Origin: Copranaerobaculum intestinale
Lineage (GTDB): Bacteria > Bacillota_I > Bacilli_A > Erysipelotrichales > Erysipelotrichaceae
Direction of reading: 5' to 3'
DNA: 32,000 bases
Assembly: GCF_009831105.1 (NCBI RefSeq)
Contig: NZ_WUUQ01000003.1
Coordinates: 60,001-92,000 of the forward strand
Part shown: one piece after another, positions 1 to 9,072 of the stretch
Numbering within the stretch: the first letter of the stretch is position 1
Layout of the letters: each line of letters opens with the position of its first letter
Program-made: the position numbers and the translations under genes
Notes under the pieces: model-generated
Database searches by the model: none
What the model was told of the DNA's origin: nothing
Seen by the model: the letters and a program-made list of their open reading frames with translations, nothing else

Positions 1-1
1 A

Positions 2-3000
2 CTGAAGCTTTCCGACCAGCTGCATGATGCTGTGAAGTACATTCATGGCACTTATCAGGAGGCAGAGCTGCCGGAGCTGGGCGAAGGCGAAGCCATTGGC
101 ACCTCCATTCCTGCCGATCCTAATGTGAAGAACTATTCTTATGCCATTGTAGACGGGCAGGTGTACTACCGGGAAAACAGCCGTATGGTGCGCCCTGACC
201 TCAACACCACCGCAGAAGCCCGCGTAAAAGGTCTTGTGGGACTGCGTGATTGTGTGCAGGAACTGATCGACCTTCAGATGGATGCAGCGGTTCCAGACAG
301 CACCATTACCCAAAAGCAGGCGGAACTGAACAGCCTCTATGACAGCTTTTCTGCCAAATACGGTCTCATCAATGACCGTGCAAACCGTCTGGCCTATGCA
401 GACGATTCTTCCTATTACCTGCTCTGTGCGATGGAAGTCATCGACGAGGACGGAAAGCTGGAGCGCAAGGCAGATATGTTCACCAAGCGGACCATCAAGC
501 CCCATCAGGCGGTGGCTGTGGTGGATACGGCAAGTGAAGCACTGGCGGTGTCCATCTCGGAAAAAGCCTGCGTGGATATGGACTATATGAGCCAGCTTAC
601 CGGAAAAACAAAAGAAGAACTGGCCGGAGAGCTGCAAGGCGTAATCTTCCGTGTACCGGGACAGTTGGAGCAGGACGGAACGCCCCATTATGTGACCGCC
701 GATGAATACCTTTCCGGCAATGTACGCCGCAAACTGCGTCAGGCGCAGCGGGCCGCACAGCAGGACCCGGTTTATGCAGTCAATGTGGAAGCTCTTAGCG
801 CCGCCCAGCCCAAAGACCTGGATGCGTCGGAGATCGAGGTGCGTCTGGGCGCTACCTGGATCGACAAAGAGTACATCCAGCAGTTTATGTACGAAACCTT
901 CAACACCCCGTTTTATCTCCAGCGCAGTATCGAGGTCAACTATTCGTCCTTTACCGCTGAATGGCAGATCAAGGGGAAATCTTCCGTATCCTACAACGAT
1001 GTGGCAGCCTACACCACCTACGGAACCAGCCGTGCCAATGCCTACAAGATTTTGGAGGACAGCCTGAACCTGCGGGATGTCCGTATCTATGACACCATAG
1101 AGGACGCAGACGGAAAAGAGCGCCGCGTGCTGAACGCCAAGGAGACCACCCTGGCTGCCCAAAAGCAGCAGGCTATCCGGGAAGCCTTCAAGGACTGGAT
1201 CTGGAGAGACCCGGAGCGCCGACAGACTCTGGTGCGCCAGTACAACGAGGAAATGAACTCCACCCGTCCCCGCGAGTATGATGGCAGCCACATCACTTTT
1301 GGGGGCATGAACCCGGCCATTACCCTGCGGGAACATCAGCTGAATGCCATTGCCCATGTGCTGTATGGCGGTAATACTCTGCTGGCACACGAAGTGGGCG
1401 CAGGCAAAACATTTGAGATGGTGGCCTCTGCGATGGAGGCTAAACGCCTGGGCTTATGCCAGAAATCTCTCTTTGTGGTTCCAAACCACCTGACCGAGCA
1501 GTGGGCGTCGGAGTTTCTGCGCCTCTATCCTTCTGCCAACATCTTAGTCACAACCAAAAAGGACTTTGAGACCCATAACCGCAAAAAGTTCTGCGCCCGT
1601 ATTGCCACCGGTAACTACGACGCCATCATCATGGGACACAGCCAGTTTGAGCGTATCCCCATCAGCCGGGAGCGTCAGGAACGGCTTCTCTATGAACAGA
1701 TCGACGAGATCACCGAGGGCATCGCAGAGGTGCAGGCCAGCGGCGGCGAGCGTTTTACCGTCAAGCAGCTGGAGCGTACCAGAAAGTCTCTGGAAGCCAG
1801 ACTGGAAAAGCTGCAAGCCGAGGGGCGAAAAGACGATGTGGTAACCTTCGAGCAGCTGGGTGTGGACCGTTTGTTTGTGGACGAGGCCCACAACTATAAA
1901 AACCTGTTTCTATACACAAAAATGCGGAATGTGGCTGGTCTTTCCACATCGGACGCGCAGAAATCCTCCGATATGTTTGCCAAGTGCCGCTATATGGATG
2001 AGATCACCGGAAACCGTGGCGTGATTTTCGCCACCGGCACCCCGGTCAGCAACTCCATGACCGAGCTTTACACCATGCAGCGTTACCTTCAGTATGAACG
2101 CTTGCAAGAGCTGAACATGACCCACTTCGACTGCTGGGCTTCCCGCTTTGGGGAGACCGTCACAGCATTGGAGCTGGCACCGGAAGGCACCGGCTACCGG
2201 GCAAGAACGAGATTCAGCAAGTTCTTTAATCTGCCGGAGCTGATGAACCTGTTCAAAGAAGTGGCGGACATTAAGACTGCCGACCAGTTAAATCTCCCTA
2301 CCCCGGAAGTGGAGTACCACAACATCGTGGCGCAGCCCACCGAACATCAGCAGGAAATGGTCAAAGCTCTTTCGGAGCGTGCATCGCTGGTACACAGCGG
2401 AACTGTTGACCCGTCCCAGGATAACATGCTCAAGATTACCTCGGATGGCCGTAAGTTGGGGCTTGACCAGAGGATCGTCAACCAGATGCTGCCGGACGAA
2501 CCTGGCACAAAGGTCAATCAGTGTGTGGACAACATCATGCAGATCTGGCGGGACGGCAAAGCTGACAAGCTGACCCAGCTGGTGTTCTGCGACATTTCTA
2601 CACCGCAGGCAAAAGCTCCTGCAAGCAAAGCGGCGAAAACGCTGGATAATCCACTGCTTCACGCATTGGAAGGCGCTGTGCCTCTGCCGGAGCAGGAACC
2701 GGTCTTTACGGTATATGACGATATTCGTCAGAAACTCATTGCTCAGGGAATGCCTGCCGACCAGATCGCTTTTATCCATGAAGCCAACACCGAAGTGCGG
2801 AAAAAGGAGCTGTTCGCTAAAGTCCGTACCGGTCAGGTGCGTGTCCTTTTGGGCAGCACCGCCAAGATGGGCGCAGGCACCAATGTGCAGGACCGTCTGG
2901 TGGCACTTCATGACCTGGACTGTCCGTGGAGACCGGGAGACCTTGCCCAGCGCAAGGGCCGTATCGAGCGCCAGGGCAACCAGAATCCTCTTGTCCATGT

Positions 3001-3925
3001 GTACCGCTATGTGACCGAAGGAACCTTTGACGCATACCTCTGGCAGACGGTGGAGAATAAGCAAAAATTCATCAGCCAGATCATGACTTCTAAATCGCCG
3101 GTGCGCTCCTGCGATGATGTGGATGAAACCGCCCTCAGTTTTGCAGAGATCAAGGCTTTGTGTGCCGGAGACCCCCGTATCAAAGAGCGTATGGATTTGG
3201 ATGTGGAGGTATCCCGCCTGAAGCTGATGAAAGCCGACCACCAGAGCAAGCAATATCGTCTGGAGGACCAGCTGCTCAAATACTTCCCGGAGGAGATTGA
3301 AAAGCACAAAGGCTTTATCAAGGGCTTTGAATCCGATCTGGAGGTTTTGACAGCTCACCCGCACCCGGAGGACGGTTTTGCTGGTATGGAGATTCGTGGA
3401 GACCTGCTGACCGATAAGGAGAACGCCGGTGCAGCCCTTTTGGATGCCTGCAAGGAGGTCAAAACCTCCGATCCGGTGCAGATCGGCAGCTACCGGGGTT
3501 ATGCCATGTCCGTGGAATTTTCCGCTTGGAAACAGGAGTATACGCTCCTGCTGAAAGGACAGATGACCCACCGGGCAACCCTTGGTACAGACCCTCGCGG
3601 AAATCTTACCCGTATCGACAATGCCCTCGCCCAGATGCCCCAGCGTCTGGAGGCGGCAAAGGCCCAGCTGGATAACCTCTATCAGCAGCAGGCTGCCGCA
3701 AAAGAGGAAGTCGGAAAGCCATTCCTTTATGAAGAAGAACTGACAAGCAAAAACGCCCGTCTGGTGGAGTTGGATACCCTGCTCAACATCGACGGAAAGG
3801 GGCAGGCACACACCGAGTCTGTTGTTGCCAAAAGCACACGGCCTTCGGTGCTGGATAACCTAAAACGCCCGGTGCAACCCCGCAGTACAGACAAGAAACC
3901 AAAACAGCATGAGGAGGTGCGATAA
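2..3925 (+). CDS. SNF2-family helicase, C-terminal portion of a large ICE-encoded (methylase-)helicase protein; 5' partial (frame open to window edge)
   Basis: The frame is open from nt 2, so the GTG at 32 is not the real start. Helicase motifs seen: 'LLAHEVGAGKTFEM' (I), 'LFVDEAHNYKN' (II, DEAH), 'VIFATGTPVSNS' (III), 'LLGSTAKMGAGTNVQ' (V), 'AQRKGRIERQGN' (VI). Confidence 0.85.
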   Translation: MKLSDQLHDAVKYIHGTYQEAELPELGEGEAIGTSIPADPNVKNYSYAIVDGQVYYRENSRMVRPDLNTTAEARVKGLVGLRDCVQELIDLQMDAAVPDSTITQKQAELNSLYDSFSAKYGLINDRANRLAYADDSSYYLLCAMEVIDEDGKLERKADMFTKRTIKPHQAVAVVDTASEALAVSISEKACVDMDYMSQLTGKTKEELAGELQGVIFRVPGQLEQDGTPHYVTADEYLSGNVRRKLRQAQRAAQQDPVYAVNVEALSAAQPKDLDASEIEVRLGATWIDKEYIQQFMYETFNTPFYLQRSIEVNYSSFTAEWQIKGKSSVSYNDVAAYTTYGTSRANAYKILEDSLNLRDVRIYDTIEDADGKERRVLNAKETTLAAQKQQAIREAFKDWIWRDPERRQTLVRQYNEEMNSTRPREYDGSHITFGGMNPAITLREHQLNAIAHVLYGGNTLLAHEVGAGKTFEMVASAMEAKRLGLCQKSLFVVPNHLTEQWASEFLRLYPSANILVTTKKDFETHNRKKFCARIATGNYDAIIMGHSQFERIPISRERQERLLYEQIDEITEGIAEVQASGGERFTVKQLERTRKSLEARLEKLQAEGRKDDVVTFEQLGVDRLFVDEAHNYKNLFLYTKMRNVAGLSTSDAQKSSDMFAKCRYMDEITGNRGVIFATGTPVSNSMTELYTMQRYLQYERLQELNMTHFDCWASRFGETVTALELAPEGTGYRARTRFSKFFNLPELMNLFKEVADIKTADQLNLPTPEVEYHNIVAQPTEHQQEMVKALSERASLVHSGTVDPSQDNMLKITSDGRKLGLDQRIVNQMLPDEPGTKVNQCVDNIMQIWRDGKADKLTQLVFCDISTPQAKAPASKAAKTLDNPLLHALEGAVPLPEQEPVFTVYDDIRQKLIAQGMPADQIAFIHEANTEVRKKELFAKVRTGQVRVLLGSTAKMGAGTNVQDRLVALHDLDCPWRPGDLAQRKGRIERQGNQNPLVHVYRYVTEGTFDAYLWQTVENKQKFISQIMTSKSPVRSCDDVDETALSFAEIKALCAGDPRIKERMDLDVEVSRLKLMKADHQSKQYRLEDQLLKYFPEEIEKHKGFIKGFESDLEVLTAHPHPEDGFAGMEIRGDLLTDKENAGAALLDACKEVKTSDPVQIGSYRGYAMSVEFSAWKQEYTLLLKGQMTHRATLGTDPRGNLTRIDNALAQMPQRLEAAKAQLDNLYQQQAAAKEEVGKPFLYEEELTSKNARLVELDTLLNIDGKGQAHTESVVAKSTRPSVLDNLKRPVQPRSTDKKPKQHEEVR

Positions 3926-3926
3926 C

Positions 3927-4733
3927 ATGAATACTAACGATCTGAATACAGCTCTTTATGAAAAGATGGCTGCCGAACAGGACAAGTTCCGGGACTGGCT
4001 GAAAAGCCAGCCCCCGGAAGAAATCCTGCACCACACCTATGAATATACTGTCCGCGAGGACATCGTGATGGCAATGGAGGAGCCGGATCTGACCGACGCC
4101 CAGGCCCAGGCACTTTTGGAATCTTCTTCGCCGCTGGCGGATGTGTACCGCTACTTTGAAAAGCTGGAGACCGGCTACATGGATGTGATCCGGGACAGCA
4201 TTGAAAGCCGTGCCGACGATGTATGCAGAGCCAAAGAGGAACTGCGAACAACACCGGTCTATCCACATTCTGCTGCCTATGCGTCCGAGCATGGGGAAAT
4301 GGCACAGTACAACCTCTCATATCAGGCGAACAGCGCCTGCAAAGAAGCCATTGAGCAGACCATCAGCGCCCACTATGCAGAGAATCGGCTGGATACGGAG
4401 GCGGCGGTCAAAGATGTGCTGGAAAAGTTCGGGACGGAACGGGTACAGTTTATTCTTGCCAACACCATCCAGCGCAAGAACTATGACGGGCGTATCTCTC
4501 AGGACAATAAAGCATGGGCAAAAAACATTCCTACGCTGGAGGACAGCGGCGCTTCCCGCCACTGTGCCTATCTGGTGGTAGATCAGGTCAATCCCGGTTT
4601 GACCGACCTGTTCACCAGACAGTTCCGAAAAGTCGCTCAAGAACAGCAGAAAAGTTCTGTCCTGCAAAAGCTCAAACAGGAGTTGCCCGCCCATAAGTCT
4701 GCCGCCCCGAAAAAACGGGAGCCGGAGCGATAA
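3927..4733 (+). CDS. Conserved ICE protein, DUF3848/DUF3849-like
   Basis: ATG at 3927 lies 9 nt after GAGGAGG (3911-3917). The N-terminus 'HHTYEYTVREDIVMAMEE' and central 'PVYPHSAAYASEHGEMAQYNLSYQANSACKEAIEQTI' resemble the DUF3848/3849 proteins that sit next to mob genes on Firmicutes ICEs. This is a recollection, not a search result. Confidence 0.65.
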   Translation: MNTNDLNTALYEKMAAEQDKFRDWLKSQPPEEILHHTYEYTVREDIVMAMEEPDLTDAQAQALLESSSPLADVYRYFEKLETGYMDVIRDSIESRADDVCRAKEELRTTPVYPHSAAYASEHGEMAQYNLSYQANSACKEAIEQTISAHYAENRLDTEAAVKDVLEKFGTERVQFILANTIQRKNYDGRISQDNKAWAKNIPTLEDSGASRHCAYLVVDQVNPGLTDLFTRQFRKVAQEQQKSSVLQKLKQELPAHKSAAPKKREPER

Positions 4734-4735
4734 CC

Positions 4736-5074
4736 ATGGCAAAGCGCAAGCGGGATGTTCCGGTTTTGTTTTGGGTGTCCGCAGAAGAACAGGAGCTGAT
4801 CCATCAAAAGATGCAGCAATACGGGACAGAGAATTTGAGTGCTTATCTGCGGAAAATGGCGCTGGATGGTTATGTGGTCAAGCTGGAACTGCCGGAGCTG
4901 AAGGAGTTGGTCTCTCTGATGCGTCGAAGCAGCAACAACTTGAATCAGCTGACCCGCAAAGTGCATGAGACCGGGCGGGTTTATAATGCTGACTTGGAGG
5001 ATATATCCCAGCGGCAGGAACAACTGTGGGAGGGTGTGAAGGAAATCCTTACCCAACTCTCCAAACTTTCATAA
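4736..5074 (+). CDS. mobC: MobC-family relaxosome accessory protein (ribbon-helix-helix)
   Basis: Motifs: 'KRKRDVPVLFWVSAEEQELIHQKMQQYGTENLSAYLRKMALDGYVV' and 'NNLNQLTRKVHETGRVY'. These are typical of a MobC N-terminal RHH and conserved C-terminal helix. Confidence 0.85.
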   Translation: MAKRKRDVPVLFWVSAEEQELIHQKMQQYGTENLSAYLRKMALDGYVVKLELPELKELVSLMRRSSNNLNQLTRKVHETGRVYNADLEDISQRQEQLWEGVKEILTQLSKLS

Positions 5075-5094
5075 CAGGGATAGATACTCCATTT

Positions 5095-5147
5095 GCGGAG
5101 GGAGGAACGGCGTTTCTTCGCCGCACCTTCCTCCGCTTTTTCTTTTT
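5095..5147 (+). terminator. Rho-independent terminator after mobC (also the only strong inverted repeat near mobC; oriT not excluded)
   Basis: The arms GCGGAGGGAGG (5095-5105) and CCTTCCTCCGC (5126-5136) pair with one mismatch. An inner CGGCG/CGCCG stem is present, followed by TTTTTCTTTTT. Confidence 0.6.
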
Positions 5148-5225
5148 GTCTGTATCCTTGTCTTTTGCCTGTCCGTACCGGATAATATGAGTAGAATAAG
5201 AAGCGTAGCAAAGGAGTGAAAACAG

Positions 5226-5528
5226 ATGCTGACCTTTGAAAGGGTGCTGGAGATTTTTGCGGATTACCTGACCGCAGACGAGACCATAGAAGTTTATATC
5301 AGCCGCCATGGATGTGTAAGAGTTGAATTTGACCAAGATTTTCACTATTGCTCTGGCGAGGTGTGCCATACTCCCAAGGAACTGTTCGACCTCTTAGCCG
5401 ATGATTACCGGACTTATCTGGAGATTGAACTGACCAAAGGAAAACGGGAAGTGACGGAAGAGGATGAGAGAGAAGCGGATGCCCTGTGCAAACGGCATCT
5501 GGAGCGTTGGAAGGAGGAACAGGAATGA
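5226..5528 (+). CDS. Small acidic hypothetical protein (ICE backbone)
   Basis: ORF of 100 aa with RBS AAAGGAG 8-9 nt upstream. Its stop overlaps the next start (ATGA at 5525-5528). Confidence 0.55.
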   Translation: MLTFERVLEIFADYLTADETIEVYISRHGCVRVEFDQDFHYCSGEVCHTPKELFDLLADDYRTYLEIELTKGKREVTEEDEREADALCKRHLERWKEEQE

Positions 5529-5824
5529 AGATTTTGAAATGTCTGCTGATGATCGTAACTGCACCGGTCGTTTTGGTGTTGACGCTTTTTGTCTGGCTCT
5601 GCACGGGGCTGATCTACATATCCGGTCTGGTGCTTGGTCTACTAAGCACGGTAATTGCTCTGCTTGGCGTGGCTGTGCTGATTACCTATTCCCCGCAGAA
5701 TGGTGTGATTTTGCTGGTTATGGCATTTTTGATTAGCCCGATGGGGCTGCCGCTGGCTGCAATCTGGCTACTGGGAAAGGTGCAGAGTTTGAAATTTGCG
5801 ATACAGGATTGGGTGTATGGGTAA
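5525..5824 (+). CDS. Small integral membrane protein (about 3 TM helices)
   Basis: ATG at 5525 is preceded by AGGAGGAAC and is translationally coupled to the previous ORF. The sequence is strongly hydrophobic: 'ILKCLLMIVTAPVVLVLTLFVWLCTGLIYISGLVLGLLSTVIALLGVAVLI'. Confidence 0.6.
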   Translation: MKILKCLLMIVTAPVVLVLTLFVWLCTGLIYISGLVLGLLSTVIALLGVAVLITYSPQNGVILLVMAFLISPMGLPLAAIWLLGKVQSLKFAIQDWVYG

Positions 5825-5848
5825 ATGATGTGAATATAATTTGGAATG

Positions 5849-5900
5849 AAAAAGAAGCAGGACAATGGGAGATGAGACCCAATGCCCTGCTTCTCTGTTT
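5849..5900. terminator. Bidirectional terminator between convergent genes
   Basis: GAAGCAGG (5854-5861) pairs with CCTGCTTC (5886-5893). It is flanked by an A-run upstream and T-rich sequence downstream, so it can serve both strands. Confidence 0.6.
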
Positions 5901-7311
5901 ATTCGGAACGAACTGTAATATATTTTTGATTGCGACTTTTAGGTTTATCGGGAATAGTCATTTCTAATTGCCCGGATTCTAAAAGCGGATTGATATGTTT
6001 CAAAGTGAAGTTTCTTAAATCTTTGAAGCCGCAAAATACTGCAAGCTCTTTCTTGGATTTTGGTGTTGTGCAAAAAGCCAAAATCTGTTTGGACACCGTT
6101 GATAGTTCAATATCTTGGTGGGTAACTTGGTGGATAACTTGGTGGGTGTCATCCTCTAAGTTGTAGTTTACATTTTTCAAGATGACCCTGAAATCTGTTG
6201 CTGTTGAGGAAAATTCAGGCTTATATGCCGCTGTATATCCAGGTAGCTTTTCGGTTTCACTGACGATTTTGCGTAGGCCACTTCCACGGCGTTCCATGTA
6301 CTTCATGCGATGGAACAGGTCAGCAATCACAGGGTTTCGCCGCATGGAACGGATACTGTAAATATCATATTCCTGAATTGATCCACCGCCAAACATACCG
6401 CCCGGAGATGTGATTTCCACCCGATCATCAAACATATCAATATGGATTTCGCTGCCAAGCACAATATAATCACGATGGATAAGCGCATTGACAAGAGCCT
6501 CTGTCACAGCTCGTTCAGCATAATCCGGTTTGTCTACACGATACTGTGCCTTTTTGACAAAACGGACTTTGGAATTATTGCGAATAAATTCACTGCCGCT
6601 GTTCAGTAAATAAATTAAATTTCCCTCGTATTCTTTATCGTCCAGCGCATCATCAAAGATAGAGCCTTTTTCCAAGCCATTCCACCGGGTACAGAACATA
6701 CGGGAGTTATAAACCGTGTGCTGATCGGTCATGAGTTTTCCGGCATTGGTCAGGAGTCCATTTTTATCAGTCAAACCAAAGGAAACATAATCGGATGGCT
6801 CAAAGCGGAGACCGGTCCGTTCCAGATAGGTTGCTTCCAGAAGTGTAAAGCTGTAATCCTTTTTTACCGCGTCTGTTGTTAGGGTATCAAAGGACTGATT
6901 GGTTCCCTTTAAGATCAATTCATTCACAATGTAATCAGGGGCAATTACGCTTTCATTTCCAACACGGATATATGCCTCCATCACGCCGTCTGCCTTGTAA
7001 TAATATGGGGTGCTACGGCCAGGAGAAACCTCCAGAGCTAATAGATTTTTACCATCTTCCTGTAATGGTTTTAAGATAAACTGAGGTAATGGTGTGATAC
7101 GTTCTTTAATTAAGCGGCTGATCGCCTCAGCATCCTTTTGAACATCGGACAAGCCGATAGGTTTCCGGTCATCAGAGATTCCGAAAAACAGAGTGCCGCC
7201 GATTCCATTGGAAAAGGCACTGACACTTTTTAACCAGCTTTTTGGCTTTTTTATTTCGAGAGCAACTTTGAAATCACATTCTGTTGCTTCAGCAATGAGC
7301 TGTTCTATCAT
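5899..7311 (-). CDS. AlbA_2 (Schlafen-like 'divergent AAA') + HATPase_c_4-like + C-terminal winged-HTH protein; often annotated 'ATP-binding protein / putative transcriptional regulator'
   Basis: N-terminus 'ECDFKVALEIKKPKSWLKSVSAFSNGIGGTLFFGISDD' is AlbA_2-like. The central 'AVTEALVNALIHRDY...EITSPGG' is a GHKL-like fold. A C-terminal 'KSKKELAVFCGFKDLRNFTLKHINPLLESGQLEMT' resembles a wHTH. RBS AAAGGAGGG precedes the start. GC content is clearly lower than in the flanking backbone. Confidence 0.8.
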   Translation of the reverse strand: MIEQLIAEATECDFKVALEIKKPKSWLKSVSAFSNGIGGTLFFGISDDRKPIGLSDVQKDAEAISRLIKERITPLPQFILKPLQEDGKNLLALEVSPGRSTPYYYKADGVMEAYIRVGNESVIAPDYIVNELILKGTNQSFDTLTTDAVKKDYSFTLLEATYLERTGLRFEPSDYVSFGLTDKNGLLTNAGKLMTDQHTVYNSRMFCTRWNGLEKGSIFDDALDDKEYEGNLIYLLNSGSEFIRNNSKVRFVKKAQYRVDKPDYAERAVTEALVNALIHRDYIVLGSEIHIDMFDDRVEITSPGGMFGGGSIQEYDIYSIRSMRRNPVIADLFHRMKYMERRGSGLRKIVSETEKLPGYTAAYKPEFSSTATDFRVILKNVNYNLEDDTHQVIHQVTHQDIELSTVSKQILAFCTTPKSKKELAVFCGFKDLRNFTLKHINPLLESGQLEMTIPDKPKSRNQKYITVRSE

Positions 7312-7349
7312 AGAAATCCCTCCTTTGAGGTTGTAGAAAGTTCTTTTTT

Positions 7350-7378
7350 ATTATACCCAGCGGAGAAAGTTATTGCAA
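7350..7378 (-). promoter_or_regulatory. Sigma-70-type promoter for the AlbA_2-like gene
   Basis: On the minus strand: TTGCAA (7373-7378), a 17-nt spacer, then TATAAT (7350-7355). It lies about 35 nt upstream of the RBS. Confidence 0.55.
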
Positions 7379-7437
7379 CGATAGAAGCAAAGAGTTCAGC
7401 GAAAACAAAAATATTTATGAGAGGAGGGCCTTCTATT

Positions 7438-8850
7438 ATGGCAACTACAAGAATTATGCCGCTTCATGTCGGCAAAGGCCGCACAGAGAGTCGGGCGATC
7501 AGTGACATCATCGACTATGTGGCCAATCCAAAGAAAACAGATAACGGCAGGCTCATTACCGGCTATGCGTGTGACAGTCGGACTGCGGATGCAGAGTTTC
7601 TTCTGGCAAAGAGGCAATACATTGCCGCTACCGGACGAGTGCGCGGCGCGGATGATGTGATCGCTTACCATGTGCGCCAGTCATTCAAACCCGGTGAAAT
7701 CACGCCGGAGGAAGCAAACCGCCTGGGCGTGGAATTTGCCAAGCGGTTTACCAAGGGCAATCACGCCTTTGTGGTCTGCACCCACATAGACAAATCGCAC
7801 GTTCATAATCACATCATCTGGTCGGCGGTCAATGCAGATTGTGACCGAAAATTCCGCAACTTTTGGGGCAGCACCAGAGCCGTCCGGCGCTTGAGCGATA
7901 CCATCTGTATCGAGAACGGATTGTCCATTGTGGAGGACCCAAAACCCCACGGAAAAAGCTACAACAAGTGGCTGGGCGAACAGGCCAAGCCCTCCCATCG
8001 GGAACAGCTGCGTGTGATGATTGATAACGCATTATCACAAAGTCCTGCTGACTTTGAAGAACTGCTGAAGCTGTTGCAAGAGTATGGTTGTGAAGTCTCA
8101 AAGCGCGGAAAATCGTATCGACTGAAACTCTCTGGTTGGGAGAAAGCCGCCCGCATGGACAGTCTGGGCGAAGGATATGGATTGGAAGATTTGCGGGCAG
8201 TTCTCTTAGGGAAGAAAGCACATACCCCGCGAAAGAAAACAGTCACACAGGCAGAGCCGCCAAAGATCAATCTGCTGGTGGACATTCAGGCAAAATTGCA
8301 GGCTGGAAAAGGCGCTGGCTATGCTCGATGGGCTAAGGTGTTCAACCTCAAGCAGATGGCGCAGACCATGAATTACCTGTCAGAGCACAACCTGCTGGAG
8401 TATGCGGTTTTGGAAGAAAAGGCTGCGGCTGCCACGGCACATCACAATGAACTTTCGGCGCAGATCAAAGCGGCTGAAAAGCGCATGGCAGAGATCGCTG
8501 TTCTGCGTACTCACATCGTAAATTATGCCAAGACCCGTGAGGTCTATGTGGCATACCGCAAGGCGGGTTACTCTAAGAAATTCAGGGAAGAACATGAGGA
8601 AGAAATTCTGCTCCACCAGGCTGCTAAGAATGCCTTTGATGAGATGGGCGTCAAGAAGCTGCCCAAGGTCAAAGAGTTGCAGACAGAGTACGCGAAATTG
8701 TTGGAAGAAAAGAAAAAGACCTATGCCGAGTATCGGCATTCCCGTGAGGAAATGCGAGAACTTTTAACGGCAAAGGCCAATGTGGATCGGGTCCTGAAAA
8801 TGGAGGTAGAACAGGATGTTGAAAAAGAAAAAGACCACGGCCAGCGGTAA
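7438..8850 (+). CDS. Relaxase/mobilisation nuclease (Relaxase PF03432-type)
   Basis: ATG at 7438 lies 9 nt after GAGAGGAGGG. N-terminus is 'MATTRIMPLHVGKGRTESRAISDIIDYVANPKKTD'. The histidine-triad region is 'THIDKSHVHNHIIWSAV'. The C-terminus is a long coiled-coil. Confidence 0.9.
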   Translation: MATTRIMPLHVGKGRTESRAISDIIDYVANPKKTDNGRLITGYACDSRTADAEFLLAKRQYIAATGRVRGADDVIAYHVRQSFKPGEITPEEANRLGVEFAKRFTKGNHAFVVCTHIDKSHVHNHIIWSAVNADCDRKFRNFWGSTRAVRRLSDTICIENGLSIVEDPKPHGKSYNKWLGEQAKPSHREQLRVMIDNALSQSPADFEELLKLLQEYGCEVSKRGKSYRLKLSGWEKAARMDSLGEGYGLEDLRAVLLGKKAHTPRKKTVTQAEPPKINLLVDIQAKLQAGKGAGYARWAKVFNLKQMAQTMNYLSEHNLLEYAVLEEKAAAATAHHNELSAQIKAAEKRMAEIAVLRTHIVNYAKTREVYVAYRKAGYSKKFREEHEEEILLHQAAKNAFDEMGVKKLPKVKELQTEYAKLLEEKKKTYAEYRHSREEMRELLTAKANVDRVLKMEVEQDVEKEKDHGQR

Positions 8851-9038
8851 GCTGGTCCTGGTCAAAAGCGTTCGCAGAACGCGTAGCCACAGAATGAAAT
8901 TCTGTGTTCAAAGGGGCTTGGGGGCGCTGCCCTCAACAAGCAAGCGGAGAGGAAAATCACGGAGGGATTTTCTTCTCTGCGGGCCTGTGTGTATTAACAC
9001 AGGCATTGCTTGCCTCTTTTCTCTGGAAATAAAAAGAA

Positions 9039-9071
9039 CCAGTGAGAAAATCGTTAAATTTCACTCACTGG
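9039..9071 (-). terminator. Terminator of the XRE-family gene
   Basis: CCAGTGAG (9039-9046) pairs with CTCACTGG (9064-9071). On the minus strand the stem is followed by TTCTTTTT, directly after the stop at 9073. Confidence 0.55.
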
Positions 9072-9072
9072 C

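Noticed and set aside
2288-3811. A 507-aa ORF on the minus strand, plus many other 60-170-aa ORFs antisense to or overlapping large genes. Examples: 339-590, 702-1067, 1544-1891, 3783-4292, 4317-4742, 4637-5056, 7681-8285, 10945-11358, 15106-15546, 16115-16531, 17003-17591 and 18549-18959.
   Set aside because: They lie entirely inside motif-rich, clearly genuine CDSs on the other strand or frame. They have no RBS and give low-complexity, Arg/Ser/Cys-rich translations typical of antisense frames in GC-rich coding DNA.
6116-6146. A 12-bp tandem repeat (ACTTGGTGGGTA / ACTTGGTGGATA / ACTTGGTGGGTG) inside the AlbA_2-like gene, encoding 'THQVIHQVTHQ'.
   Set aside because: It is an in-frame short coding repeat in a linker between domains. 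It could vary by slippage, but nothing indicates a function, so it is too minor to report as a finding.
8868-9003. A cluster of inverted repeats after the relaxase gene, considered as oriT: GCGTTC/GAACGC at 8868-8882, CACAGAAT/ATTCTGTG at 8888-8906, and CCTGTGT/ACACAGG at 8984-9003.
   Set aside because: I can recognise no nic-site consensus, and the position downstream of the relaxase gene is atypical. They may simply be terminators or the backbone-cargo junction. I therefore made no oriT call anywhere in the window; the hairpin at 5095-5136 is an equally weak candidate.
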